Shown piece after piece: positions 30,413-40,174 of a stretch of DNA of 64,000 bases (its first letter is position 1; every line of letters begins with the position of its first letter). Position numbers and translations under genes: made by a program. Source of the stretch: Ostreococcus lucimarinus (lineage: Eukaryota); the NCBI GenBank assembly GCA_000092065.1, contig CP000600.1. One strand, given 5' to 3'. The notes below the pieces were generated by a model. It was given only the letters and a program-made list of their open reading frames with translations, was not told where the DNA came from and ran no database searches.

Positions 30413-31528
30413 ATGAAGACGCGGGGACGGACGACGCGGGCGCGGTCGGAGGACGCGGGGGAAGAAAACGAGGGCGCGCGAGATGGAGACGCGGGGAAGG
30501 CGCCCGAGGGAGCGACGGAGGAAGCGGCGGTGCCGAATGATGATTTTCTGTGCCTGTTCGACGAGAGCGCGCGAGAAGAGCCGGCGACGCTGAACGGGGC
30601 GTGGGAGGACGTGTTCGCGCAGCATCATCACGCGAACGCACCGCAAGGCGGTGTGGAAGGAGGGTTTCATCAAGGCAGTGAAGACGCGGGTGAACACTTT
30701 CCACAATCTGGATACGTGGACACGGTGCAGTACAAGCTTCCGACGACGCGCCCAGGGGTGGCGTCGACGTCGAGAGGGCGCGTGACAAAATCGCGCAGCG
30801 GCACTAGAACGTCAGGTTCGAGGAAGCCAAAGCCGATATCTCAATCTTTACCACCACGCCCGCAAGCGATGATGGCTCCGCTACCTCAGCCGATGTCACC
30901 GATGATGTACCGTTCGCCGGGGGGCAAGCCGAGGTCTTCGAGGTACAACGGCGTGTGCCGCCACGCCAAGTCTGGGCGTTACGAGGCGCACGTCTGGTTG
31001 AGAGAGTCACGACGGCAAGTTTACCTAGGTGGACACCTGGAGGAAGAGTTTGCCGCCGAGGCTTTTGATATCATTGTGTTGAAGCTCGCACGCATCGGCG
31101 ATCGCTCTCGAACAGGAACGCGTCCGCTTAAAATGAACTTTCCCGAGTCTCGTTACGCAAACTTGATCGGTTTCATTGATTCTCTTACGCTCGATGAACT
31201 GATCATGGAGGTTCGCCGACATTCCGAAGGTTTTGCGAGGGGTAATTCGGGATACAGAGGGGTCACGCAACACTCGCCTAAGAAGTTTGAGGCGAGAGTC
31301 GGAGTGCCCCCGCAAAGCAAACACGTGTACTTGGGGCTCTACGATTCTGCCGAGAAAGCTGCGGTGGCGTACGACACCGCTCTCGTTCAAGCGAGGGGAC
31401 GGAGAGCTTCGACGAACTTTCCAATTTACAACTACGACGAGCACATTCGCCAATACGAAGAAGCAGTGGCGAGGAATCCGGCGCTCGAGCAACACGAGCA
31501 CGGGCAGTACGAAGATTTACAACGATGA
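30413..31528 (+). CDS. AP2/ERF-domain transcription factor (two AP2 domains)
   Basis: YNGVCRHAKSGRYEAHVWL....VYLGGHLEEEFAAEAFD and YRGVTQHSPKKFEARVGVP..SKHVYLGLYDSAEKAAVAYDTALVQARG are YRG/RAYD elements, present twice. Start is the first ATG downstream of Tim9 (MKTRGR...); the upstream part of the track ORF overlaps Tim9 in antisense. Confidence 0.7.
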   Translation: MKTRGRTTRARSEDAGEENEGARDGDAGKAPEGATEEAAVPNDDFLCLFDESAREEPATLNGAWEDVFAQHHHANAPQGGVEGGFHQGSEDAGEHFPQSGYVDTVQYKLPTTRPGVASTSRGRVTKSRSGTRTSGSRKPKPISQSLPPRPQAMMAPLPQPMSPMMYRSPGGKPRSSRYNGVCRHAKSGRYEAHVWLRESRRQVYLGGHLEEEFAAEAFDIIVLKLARIGDRSRTGTRPLKMNFPESRYANLIGFIDSLTLDELIMEVRRHSEGFARGNSGYRGVTQHSPKKFEARVGVPPQSKHVYLGLYDSAEKAAVAYDTALVQARGRRASTNFPIYNYDEHIRQYEEAVARNPALEQHEHGQYEDLQR

Positions 31529-31619
31529 AACGACCACGAACGACGACCACGATGATGTGACTTTTGAACCAAATGAAATGTAAAACATGTACAAAACGCA
31601 CGCAAATAAATAAGCTATC

Positions 31620-32729
31620 CTACTTCATCGTAAACTCGTCGCCCTCTTCAAGCGCGGGCCAGAGCTCGAGCGGCCCGGCGTCGAAAGCTTTTCCGACATC
31701 GTCGCCCTCACCCCAACGCACTTTTTGCACCAAAACTCGAACGCCCTTGCGCTGAGCCCGCGATAAATGTTTTGCGAACGATGGGCACGCCGCACCGTTA
31801 GGACGCATACCCATTGCGTCTGCTCTACTACAAATAAAAAGCACCGCCGGGTGGACGTCGGGACTCTTGGACGCGAGTTCGCTGAGCTCGCGCAAGTGCT
31901 CGATCGCCCTGGCGCTCACCACTTTTTCACCATCCGGGCCTTTCTGACCTCGTTTTCCCCATGGAAATATTCCCGCGCGCGCGTATGGCTCACCTTTCTT
32001 CGCGCTTGGAGAATACGCGGGGTGCGGCGACTGCTCTCGAGCTTGCGCCTCAACAAATTCTCTAGCGTAATCCGTGTCGACGACTTGCTTCACCTCCAAT
32101 ATCGTCGTCGACCCATCTTCGTGTTTCAAGGCAAAATCTGGTCGGTATGAATTCGACGCGCTCTCCGTCACTTCGCGCTTAAGAGTTTTCTGCGTCTTGA
32201 TTTCGTCTCTGATGATCGGCGACGCGTGCAGGCGGTCGTCCAGCGCCCCGTTCTCCAACAGCGCCAGAGCGATTTTCTCCACCAAGCTCGGATGCGCGCT
32301 CAACCACACCCCTCCCAAGTGTTCGTTCTCTCTCTCCTCGCACCGCAACAACCGACATATCAATTCACACTTTGGCGTCCCGTGCTGTCCGAGCGTCGTC
32401 GCCGTCACGCCCTTTTGCCGCGAGCACAGCGCGCGCGCTCCTTCCCGCAGTTTCCCTCCCGAGTCCAGATTCGGGACGTGCGCGATCGCGACGCTTTCAT
32501 CGCTCTTCACGCGCACGTCCGCGACGTACGGGCTCTTATTTCGCGCGCTCGGTCGTCGCATCACGACGACGTCCTCGAGCGCACCCAAGTCGACGAGCGT
32601 CGTCGCCGTCGTCGTCGCCGTCGATCGCGCGCGTTTCTTCCCTCCCGCGTCGCGACCCGCGTCGGCGTTCCGTTTCACGCCTCGCCCGCCGCGCGCGAAT
32701 CGCGCGAGACCGGCGACGACGCCGCGCAT
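31620..32729 (-). CDS. sfsA: SfsA-family (sugar fermentation stimulation protein A-like) protein with N-terminal extension
   Basis: RRPSARNKSPYVADVRV...IAHVPNLD...YRPDFALKHEDGSTTILEVKQVV...ARAIEHLRELSEL...AQRKGVRVLVQKV is colinear with E. coli SfsA (RFLADV..LHCPNTG..RIDFML..YIEVKSVT..KHLRELM..QQRGVEILAYK). ATG at 32729. Confidence 0.6.
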   Translation of the reverse strand: MRGVVAGLARFARGGRGVKRNADAGRDAGGKKRARSTATTTATTLVDLGALEDVVVMRRPSARNKSPYVADVRVKSDESVAIAHVPNLDSGGKLREGARALCSRQKGVTATTLGQHGTPKCELICRLLRCEERENEHLGGVWLSAHPSLVEKIALALLENGALDDRLHASPIIRDEIKTQKTLKREVTESASNSYRPDFALKHEDGSTTILEVKQVVDTDYAREFVEAQAREQSPHPAYSPSAKKGEPYARAGIFPWGKRGQKGPDGEKVVSARAIEHLRELSELASKSPDVHPAVLFICSRADAMGMRPNGAACPSFAKHLSRAQRKGVRVLVQKVRWGEGDDVGKAFDAGPLELWPALEEGDEFTMK

Positions 32730-32794
32730 CGCGCGACGCGCGTCCCGGTGTCCCGGTGTCCCGGCGGCATTCGGCGCCGCGCGACCACGGACCG

Positions 32795-33829
32795 ATGCCG
32801 CCCGACGACGCGCGCGCGAGCGCGAAAGATCGCTCGAGCGCTCCCGCGGAAACCTCCGTCGACGAGACGTCGCGCTACTTCACCGACGGCGAGCGCGAGT
32901 GGTACGACAGCGAACGAATCCGAGCGTGCGCGACGCACTTGCTCGAGCGGTGCGCGACGTGCGGCGAGGATCAGAGCGTGAGCAACGATTACTGGAGACG
33001 CGTGCAGCGGGAGAGGTACGTGCGAGCGGTCGCGACGCGGGTGGCGACGAAAGACGCCGCGAAACCGCGCAGAGTGGTGGTGGAGGTGGAGTGTCCGCTG
33101 TTCGCGCTCGCGCGCGGCGGAAACGCCGTCTTCAACGTGAGCGTCGTCGCGCCTCTGGAGAACTTGTACGCGAAGGTGCGCGAGCGCATAGCGAAGGTCG
33201 TCGAAAAATTAAGGCACGAAGGCTTTCCTTTCCAGGCTTCGGGCCTGGGAGAAGAAATCAATGATTACGTGAATCAATTCTACCTCTCCAGGATGGATTC
33301 TGAACGATACACGGAAAACGGCGTACACGTATTCACACACATTCTCTATCGCGATGAAACCCTGCTGGATTGCATGCCGACCGTGATTGCAAACCAACCG
33401 ACGTTGTCGAAGTTGATTACCGAAAAATCGATGGAATTACCTCCATATCCGCTACTTACGGCTGTCCTGAAGTCGTGCGTCCAACACATGTTTATCATCG
33501 CCGACGCGTACGAAAGCACGGTGCAGCAGTTGGGTGAACCGAATCATTCACTTTCGGACGAAATTTTCTGGATGAATCCAGGCGATACATTTCAGCGGCA
33601 CTTCGTCGATATGTGCAATTTTTTCAATCGTCCAGTAGACGATGTGCGTTTCGTGGCGTGCGATTCGGATAGAAAATTCTTCGTCGTGGAGCCGACGGAT
33701 ACGCCTGAGAAGTTGCATTTGAGAGACCAAACCGAATTAGTGATGGTAAACAGAGCTTTGATGTCTACGATTGAGTTTCTTCAGCACAGGGGAAGCAAGC
33801 TGTTCACACGACCAGCAGGGGGTGTTTAG
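32795..33829 (+). CDS. Hypothetical protein
   Basis: ATG-initiated 344-aa ORF with complex composition (...FTHILYRDETLLDCMPTVIANQPTLSKLITEKSMELPPYPLLTAVLKSCVQHMFIIADAYE...). No family recognised. Confidence 0.35.
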   Translation: MPPDDARASAKDRSSAPAETSVDETSRYFTDGEREWYDSERIRACATHLLERCATCGEDQSVSNDYWRRVQRERYVRAVATRVATKDAAKPRRVVVEVECPLFALARGGNAVFNVSVVAPLENLYAKVRERIAKVVEKLRHEGFPFQASGLGEEINDYVNQFYLSRMDSERYTENGVHVFTHILYRDETLLDCMPTVIANQPTLSKLITEKSMELPPYPLLTAVLKSCVQHMFIIADAYESTVQQLGEPNHSLSDEIFWMNPGDTFQRHFVDMCNFFNRPVDDVRFVACDSDRKFFVVEPTDTPEKLHLRDQTELVMVNRALMSTIEFLQHRGSKLFTRPAGGV

Positions 33830-33871
33830 CGTCCTAAAAACATTTGTACAATTAAATTATACAGTATCCGG

Positions 33872-34576
33872 CTAAGCGTGCTCGACGACGTCGTCAATCA
33901 TCGATTCTAATTCCCTCGCGAACGCGTGCGCGGGAAGCCCCATGACGTTAAAATAATCACCGACGATTCCTCGAATGAACACCGCCGCCGGTCCCTGTAT
34001 GCCGTACCCGCCCGCTTTATCGTACGGTTCCTTTGTCGCCACGTACGCCGCTATCTCCTCCGCCTTCAGTTCCGCGAATTCGACCCTCGTCGTCTCGCTA
34101 AAGCTCTTCCCATATATCTTCCCAGTCTTCTTCGAAATTTTACCACCGATGATCGCCACTCCCGTGTGCACTTTACTCTCCGACCGCGACAACGCTCGAA
34201 GCATCGCCGTCGCGCTCGCCGCGTCCGCCGGTTTCTCCATCGTCGTCCCATCCGCGGATTCCACCACGGTATCGGCGCCTATGATGACGTCGGGCATTTC
34301 GCTCCCTCGTTCGTTCGCGTCCCAATTTTCGTACACGTCCATCGCTTTCATCCACGCCGTCGCGCGCGCGTACGCCGCCGCGCCGTCGTAGTCTTCGTGC
34401 GGCAAATTCTCGGCGAACGCGCTCGGCGCGATGTCGCACTCGACGCCGACGACGTCGCGCAGGATCTCTCGGCGTCTCGGCGACGCCGACGCGAGGACGA
34501 CGTGCAGCGCGTTCAGCGCGCTCAGGCGGTGCAGGATCATCGCGCGTCGCGCGGTGCCGGGTCCGACGCCGCGCAT
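33872..34576 (-). CDS. maf: Maf-like nucleoside-triphosphate pyrophosphatase
   Basis: VVLASASPRRREIL...IIGADTVVESADGTTMEKPADAASATAMLRALSRSESKVHTGVAII... is the Maf/Ham1-type signature (SxSPRR). Start at an in-frame ATG (MRGVGPG...). Confidence 0.75.
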   Translation of the reverse strand: MRGVGPGTARRAMILHRLSALNALHVVLASASPRRREILRDVVGVECDIAPSAFAENLPHEDYDGAAAYARATAWMKAMDVYENWDANERGSEMPDVIIGADTVVESADGTTMEKPADAASATAMLRALSRSESKVHTGVAIIGGKISKKTGKIYGKSFSETTRVEFAELKAEEIAAYVATKEPYDKAGGYGIQGPAAVFIRGIVGDYFNVMGLPAHAFARELESMIDDVVEHA

Positions 34577-34743
34577 CGGGACGCGAGACGGTCGTCCCGG
34601 CGCGCGCGATCCGACGCGCGCCGTCTTCGCGAGTCGCACTGCGCGACGCGAGGCGACGACGAGAGAAGACGCGCGAAGACGGCGAAGACCGCGAAGACGG
34701 ACGCGTCGACGACGGGAAACCGACCGAGAGGCGACAGCGGCCG

Positions 34744-36006
34744 ATGGCGAGCGATGAACGCGAACAGCAGGCGCTGCAAAAGCGCCTGCTGGAGTGCCTG
34801 AAGCGACCGGAGAATTTGACGTGCGCGGAGTGCGCGATGCGACTGCCGCGATGGGCGTCGACGTCGCTCGGAGTGTTCTTTTGCACCAACTGCAGCGGAT
34901 CGCATCGCGGACTCGGGGTGCACATATCCAAGGTGAAGTCGACGACGCTGGACAAGTGGACCGAGGCGCAGGTGGCGCACATGGAACGCGTCGGGAACGC
35001 CAAAGCGAACGCGTATTGGGAGGCGAACGTGCGCGCAGGGGTGAAACCAGGAGCGACGAGCGGTCGGGATGCGTGCGAGAGGTTCATTAGGGATAAGTAC
35101 GAGCGACAGTTGTACAAGGATACGACGCGGGACGGGCCGGAGGCGTCGATTCACGCGAGCGCCTCCGCGCCCGCGGAAGCGGCGGTGCCGGCCGCGGTGC
35201 CGGCCCAGCAGAGTGGTGGTATGTTTGATTTGATGTCGTTGCACGAACCCGCGCCGGTTCAAGCGAGTGAAGCGTCGACGACGTTCGGTGGCAGTCAATG
35301 GACGGATTTCAACGTCGCGCCGGCGCCGACCGCGCAAGTTCAAGCGGCGCCGGCGCCGGCGCCGAACGCGGGAGTGATGGACCAATGGAGCGATTTCACG
35401 ACGTCCACCGCTGTGCAGGCTCAAAATTCCGTCGCGGACGATGGCTGGGGGGATTTTACTGCGGCACCGCCAGCTGTCGCGGCGCCGGTTGCCGTCGAGC
35501 CCGCGCAAGCGCAAAAACCTGAAATGTCAAAAAATGACATCATGAACTTGTTCGACGCTCCTGCGGTACCTGCGGCGACAGCTCCGAGCGCATCGGCTCC
35601 GATTGGAACAAACATGGCGATGGGGGGCTTCGATCAGCTTCAAGCGGGGATGATGCCGCAAGGTGGGCAGGGGATGATGGGGGGCTACGGTACACAAGTG
35701 CCGCCGCAGCAGCAGTACGCGATGCAACCGATGCCGGGGATGCAGCAACAGCAATACATGGGAGGCGCTCAACAGTATGGCTATCCACCGCAGCACCATT
35801 ATCCGCAAATGGGCGTCGGCATGATGCCGCAAATGGGAGGAATGATGCCGCAAATGGGAGGAATGATGCCGCAAATGGGGGGCACGATGCCGCAAATGGG
35901 GGGCGCCTCGACGTACGGCGCTCAACCGTACATGCAGGCACAACCGCAGGCGCCGCAGAGCCCCCCGAAGCCTGACACGCAAAACATTCCGGAATTCAAG
36001 TGGTGA
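34744..36006 (+). CDS. ArfGAP-domain protein with Q/M/G-rich C-terminus
   Basis: CAECAMRLPRWASTSLGVFFCTNCSGSHRGLGVHISKVKSTTLDKW is the ArfGAP C4 zinc finger with its arginine finger. The C-terminal low-complexity region (MMPQMGG x4) is encoded by a 27-bp tandem repeat. Confidence 0.8.
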   Translation: MASDEREQQALQKRLLECLKRPENLTCAECAMRLPRWASTSLGVFFCTNCSGSHRGLGVHISKVKSTTLDKWTEAQVAHMERVGNAKANAYWEANVRAGVKPGATSGRDACERFIRDKYERQLYKDTTRDGPEASIHASASAPAEAAVPAAVPAQQSGGMFDLMSLHEPAPVQASEASTTFGGSQWTDFNVAPAPTAQVQAAPAPAPNAGVMDQWSDFTTSTAVQAQNSVADDGWGDFTAAPPAVAAPVAVEPAQAQKPEMSKNDIMNLFDAPAVPAATAPSASAPIGTNMAMGGFDQLQAGMMPQGGQGMMGGYGTQVPPQQQYAMQPMPGMQQQQYMGGAQQYGYPPQHHYPQMGVGMMPQMGGMMPQMGGMMPQMGGTMPQMGGASTYGAQPYMQAQPQAPQSPPKPDTQNIPEFKW

Positions 36007-36053
36007 ATGATTAGGCTTAAAAATAGCATTCTTCAATTCATTACACGGCGTTC

Positions 36054-36922
36054 TCATTCATCGTCTTCCCACTCGTCGTCGTCTTCCCATTCGTCGTCGT
36101 CGTCGTCTTCCTCTTCTGGAGTAGGGGTCGCCGGTAATCCGCGTTCAGCTTGCGCGACCCTTCTTCGGCGTTCTTCGATCTCTTTTTGCTTACGAGTTCG
36201 CTCCGCGAGCACGCGAGCTTCTTCGTCTTTGATCGCTCTCGCCTCGCGCGCCTCCACCTCGTGCTTGAGTTTAATCACCCCCACGATCCCACCCACGATG
36301 GCGAAGATAAGCCCCAGAGCTTTCTTCAACCCTCCCGCGGCGTCTTTCACGTTATGTTCCTTGAGCATGGCCACCAATTTCGAAGGCAACGCCCCGCTCA
36401 TCTCTTCCAACTTTTCTCCATTCTTGTACAACTGATACGTCGGAAGCGCCTTGACGTTACACTTCTCCGCCACCGCCGGAACGGCTTCGATATCCACCCT
36501 CACGAAGCGTATGCGTTTAAATTCCGCCGTTCTCGCGAGCGTCTGCATGTACGGCGCCATGGATTTACTCGAAGGGCTGTAGTTCTGTTCGTCGAACGCG
36601 CGCGTCGGGCGACCCCCGCGTCCTCGTCAGTCCTCGCGTCCTCGGTCCTCGGTCCTCGGTCCTCGGTCCTCGATCCTCGATCCTCGCCTCGTTTCCCGCG
36701 CGTCCTCGGTCTCGTCCTCGCGACGGTCTCTCGTCGTCGTCGTCCGCGCTTCGCTTCCCGCGGTCTCGACGCGCGCGTCGGACGCACCGAGACGAACTCC
36801 ACGAGCACGAGCTGATCTTTCCTTCGCAGCGCGCGATCGAACGCCGTCGCCGTCGCGAGCGTCTCCACGCGCGAGAACGCCTTCATCTTTCGCGCCCCGC
36901 CGGCGCGTCGTCGCGTCGACAT
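36054..36922 (-). CDS. Thioredoxin-like membrane protein with a degenerate SPSS active site; two exons (36922–36788 and 36584–36054) split by a ~203-nt GC-rich intron
   Basis: Exon 1 reads MSTRRRAGGARKMKAFSRVETLATATAFDRALRRKDQLVLVEFVS and ends at TCG|GTGCGT. Exon 2 starts after ...GAACAG| with NYSPSSKSMAPYMQTLARTAEFKRIRFVRVDIE...KALPTYQLYKNGEKLEE. The joined sequence is colinear with a thioredoxin fold, where W-CGPC-K is replaced by Y-SPSS-K. It continues into one TM helix and an acidic tail. The ORF track shows the two exons as separate ORFs. Confidence 0.55.
36621..36690. repeat. Heptamer tandem repeat (TCCTCGG/TCCTCGA)n, about 9 units, inside the intron of the thioredoxin-like gene
   Basis: Seen directly in the sequence: tcctcggtcctcggtcctcggtcctcggtcctcgatcctcgatcctcg. 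Confidence 0.85.
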
Positions 36923-37091
36923 CCCGCGTCGTCGTCGTCGTCGTCGTCGAGTCGCGCTCTGCGGGTCAGGTTTACGCGCGCGTCGTCGCGCGTCGCTCGG
37001 GACACCGCGACGCGACGCGCGCGCGACGAGCGACGCGCCGCGCGACGAGCGACGACGCGCCGGTCGAGCGTCGAGCTCGACGCGCGCCCGG

Positions 37092-40000
37092 ATGAGCGAC
37101 AGCGAGAGCGATTACAGCGACGACGACGCGCACATCGGCGGCGGCGATCGGGATGCGGAGGAAACGTACGACGGCGCGGGAGGCGAGGCGACGCTGAACG
37201 TGGACGTCGGATCGTCGCTCACGAGCGCGGATTGGGCGGACATCGATAACTCGGACCTCGTGGCCAAGGTGCGCGGGAGCGCGGGGTTTCGAATCATGCG
37301 AGAGATTCAGCCGTGGGACGGGGCGCTGGACGCGCCGCCGGATTTGATGAAACGACACGTGTTTGAATACTTTTACACGCAGCGCAAGGACAGTGACTTT
37401 TATAAAAAGTTGGCCAAGGATTGCTTCCCGAGCGAGTACGAAAGAGCGGGGGCGGATAAATCGGAGAAGAAGCGGTTGGCGAACCTCTGGGCGGGGGCGG
37501 TTTTGGACGAGTTGAAGGCGATGCGAGACGGGGCGAAGCACACCTTGCGATGGATCAACGCCATCAAGGAAGCGCAGGCGGGTGATTTGTTATTTTTAAA
37601 GCGTGAGGCTCTGACTCACGGGCCCGGGAGCGTGCAGGAGATTGCCAGTCAAATTGTTTGGGACAACGTGAGTAATCGCATCAAGGATCAAACCTTTGCG
37701 GCGATGCACGCGTGGACGAACAAATCGGGTGCTCAATCCGGTGGCGTCGCGCGCATGTACAAGCATCAGCACGAACTCATCGATCAACTGGACAAGCACT
37801 ATGCCGCCATCGGGAAAATGCAAGAGGCGAAGAAGCCGTTACCCAAGCCGTTGCACGTCATCTTATCGACGCCGACGGGGTCGGGCAAGACGTTCACCGC
37901 CATTCTCGTTCACCTGCGTCTTTTGAAGGTCAAGTACCCGGACGCTATCTTGCTCTACTCAGTGCCGACGAAACAAGTTTTGAAGCGCGTTGGACAAGAG
38001 TGTGAAGCGCACGCGGTGCCGTACTGGACGGCGGCGCGCGACAACACGGGCGATGGAACGCTTCACCAAGTGCGTCGTCCGTATTCCATTCGTGATAAGG
38101 CTCGAAACAAGAAAGCACTTCGTGCGGCGCGTGCTATCGGTGAAAAGGTCAGCGCTGGTTCCGGTACGATTCAACAACAGCTCGAATACGCCGCAGATGT
38201 GGGTTACAAGCTCAAGGATCACGGCGCTGGTAAACCGGATATCATCATCGCGGATCTCAATACCACGGCGGCGTTGCTCAAAGCCTGCAAGGAAGAAAGC
38301 TCCAGCTCGTTCTACCACGAGTCTAAGATTCTTTTGTACTTTGACGAGCCGAATATGGGTATTCACCTCGATCCGAATGTTTTGGGTGTGGTTTCGTCTA
38401 TCCAGGCCAACATGCCGCTCACCGCCGTACTTGCTTCGGCGACCCTAGGCGCGTGGGAAGGTTTGGAGCCTTGGTGGCGCGGCCCGACCGATGCGAACCA
38501 AATTACTATTAGTTTGGAGCCGTACGAGTTGCCAATGGCGAAGCTCGCCGTTTTCAACGAAGGCACGAGCGAGTTTTCTCCCATGAGTCCGCTCAACTTG
38601 ATTGAAAATTATGCCGAATACCAACGAGTGATGGAGGATTACCGTTTGCCCACGCTTCTGTTGCGTCACTTGACAGCTCGACATGGTAATGATTTATTGC
38701 AGATTCAACCGCCCGGTGGACCTTGGGATAAGGTGCAGGGTGACGTGAAATCGTTGCGTTTGGCAATCGAACCGACGTTTACGAGCCTGTCGCAAAAAGA
38801 ATTTGAACGACTGCAAGGTCGATGGAAGATGGGCGAGGACGCTCCTACCAAGGTCGATGGCATCCGTGGTGCACTCTCAAAAGAGGGCGTCACTATGGTC
38901 GGTTGCTTGGATCCGCGCAAGGTGGCGTTCGAGCTCGCCGGCTTTGCTGACCAGGAGGCTTGGATCCAAGACGTTCATAAATTGAACAACAAGCTCAAGG
39001 AAGCGGAAAGAATGGTAAAAGAGAACGCCAAGGCTGAAAAACGCAAAAAGAAGGATGACGAAGACGAGGCTAAGGATGGTGGCGACGAAGGCGGCGTCGG
39101 AGTCGTGACTCTTCGACCGATGTTAAAGATTAGTCTCGCCGAAGCTCTCGAGGCTGACATCAACACCTTGGTCATGCTTTCTAAGGGTATCGCTTATGCG
39201 TGCGGGTCAGGCACAGAGCCTATGGTGAAACGTCTTTATAACCAAGCGTTGCTCACCGTTCCCGATTCTCTTCGAGGACGATCTCCGCCGCTCAACGTGC
39301 TGGTTGTCGACTACTCGTCCATTTACGGAACGGATTGTCCCGCGGTTGATACTTTGTTGTTGCAAGAGGATTTGGGTCGACTCTTAGCTTGGGAAGATCT
39401 TCAGCAGTTCCTTGGTCGTCTTCGACGCGATGGAACAGCCGTTTTCTACTCCAAGAAAACTCTTCGCCGGGCCGCTCTCGGCGCCGCGGTCGAAGAGGAA
39501 GAGACGACGGCGCTTATTGAATTCCAAAAGCTTGTTGAAAACTCTGTGCTGGATCTCGAAAAGGCTCAAAAACGCGACACCGACAGCGTCACCGCCCTCG
39601 TGACCAAGCTCTCTGCGTCTTCTGGTCGCAGTGCGGGAGAAGTCGCTTCGTACGTGTTGGCGTCTGTTATATCGTTTGCGCTATCTGCTCCGTCTCATCT
39701 CGATGGTGCGGGCGTGTACCCGGCGACCATCCCGGAGAGCGACAAAGAGCTCTTAGCCGCGATCACAAAGCGCGTGGAGGGTTACTCGGACGCATTGGAA
39801 AATGTGTTGAAAAAGATGTCGGAGCAAGTTCGTGCCGTGAGCGCGATCGAAGCCCTCTCGCTCTCTGCGAACCCGTTCGCCAGCCGTACCGGCGGCGCTC
39901 GCGTGCTCGGCATTGCTGCGCAAGTGTTGAAAATGCTGTACGATGCTGATATCCTCTCCGAAGAAGCACTCTTTGCTTGGGCTAATGCGAAGCGCAAAGA

Positions 40001-40109
40001 ACTTCTCGCTGAGTCAGACGGTGACGCTCGCTTCTTTGGCAAAGCAAAGCCATTCATTCAGTGGTTATCCGAAGCAAGCGATGAAGACAGCGATGAAGAA
40101 GAAGAATAG
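37092..40109 (+). CDS. SF2 helicase-like protein fused to a C-terminal W2 (eIF4G/eIF5/eIF2B-epsilon type) domain
   Basis: P-loop LSTPTGSGKTFTAI, motif II LLYFDEPNMG (DExx degenerated to DEPN), motif III LASATLG, motif VI-like FLGRLRRDG. The C-terminus ...ILSEEALFAWANAKRKELLAE...FIQWLSEASDEDSDEEEE has W2/AA-box character. ATG at 37092. Confidence 0.55.
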   Translation: MSDSESDYSDDDAHIGGGDRDAEETYDGAGGEATLNVDVGSSLTSADWADIDNSDLVAKVRGSAGFRIMREIQPWDGALDAPPDLMKRHVFEYFYTQRKDSDFYKKLAKDCFPSEYERAGADKSEKKRLANLWAGAVLDELKAMRDGAKHTLRWINAIKEAQAGDLLFLKREALTHGPGSVQEIASQIVWDNVSNRIKDQTFAAMHAWTNKSGAQSGGVARMYKHQHELIDQLDKHYAAIGKMQEAKKPLPKPLHVILSTPTGSGKTFTAILVHLRLLKVKYPDAILLYSVPTKQVLKRVGQECEAHAVPYWTAARDNTGDGTLHQVRRPYSIRDKARNKKALRAARAIGEKVSAGSGTIQQQLEYAADVGYKLKDHGAGKPDIIIADLNTTAALLKACKEESSSSFYHESKILLYFDEPNMGIHLDPNVLGVVSSIQANMPLTAVLASATLGAWEGLEPWWRGPTDANQITISLEPYELPMAKLAVFNEGTSEFSPMSPLNLIENYAEYQRVMEDYRLPTLLLRHLTARHGNDLLQIQPPGGPWDKVQGDVKSLRLAIEPTFTSLSQKEFERLQGRWKMGEDAPTKVDGIRGALSKEGVTMVGCLDPRKVAFELAGFADQEAWIQDVHKLNNKLKEAERMVKENAKAEKRKKKDDEDEAKDGGDEGGVGVVTLRPMLKISLAEALEADINTLVMLSKGIAYACGSGTEPMVKRLYNQALLTVPDSLRGRSPPLNVLVVDYSSIYGTDCPAVDTLLLQEDLGRLLAWEDLQQFLGRLRRDGTAVFYSKKTLRRAALGAAVEEEETTALIEFQKLVENSVLDLEKAQKRDTDSVTALVTKLSASSGRSAGEVASYVLASVISFALSAPSHLDGAGVYPATIPESDKELLAAITKRVEGYSDALENVLKKMSEQVRAVSAIEALSLSANPFASRTGGARVLGIAAQVLKMLYDADILSEEALFAWANAKRKELLAESDGDARFFGKAKPFIQWLSEASDEDSDEEEE

Positions 40110-40174
40110 GTCACACACACATCACATTTAATACAAATCAGTACACTAGTCAATTCAATCAGTCAATTTCTATT

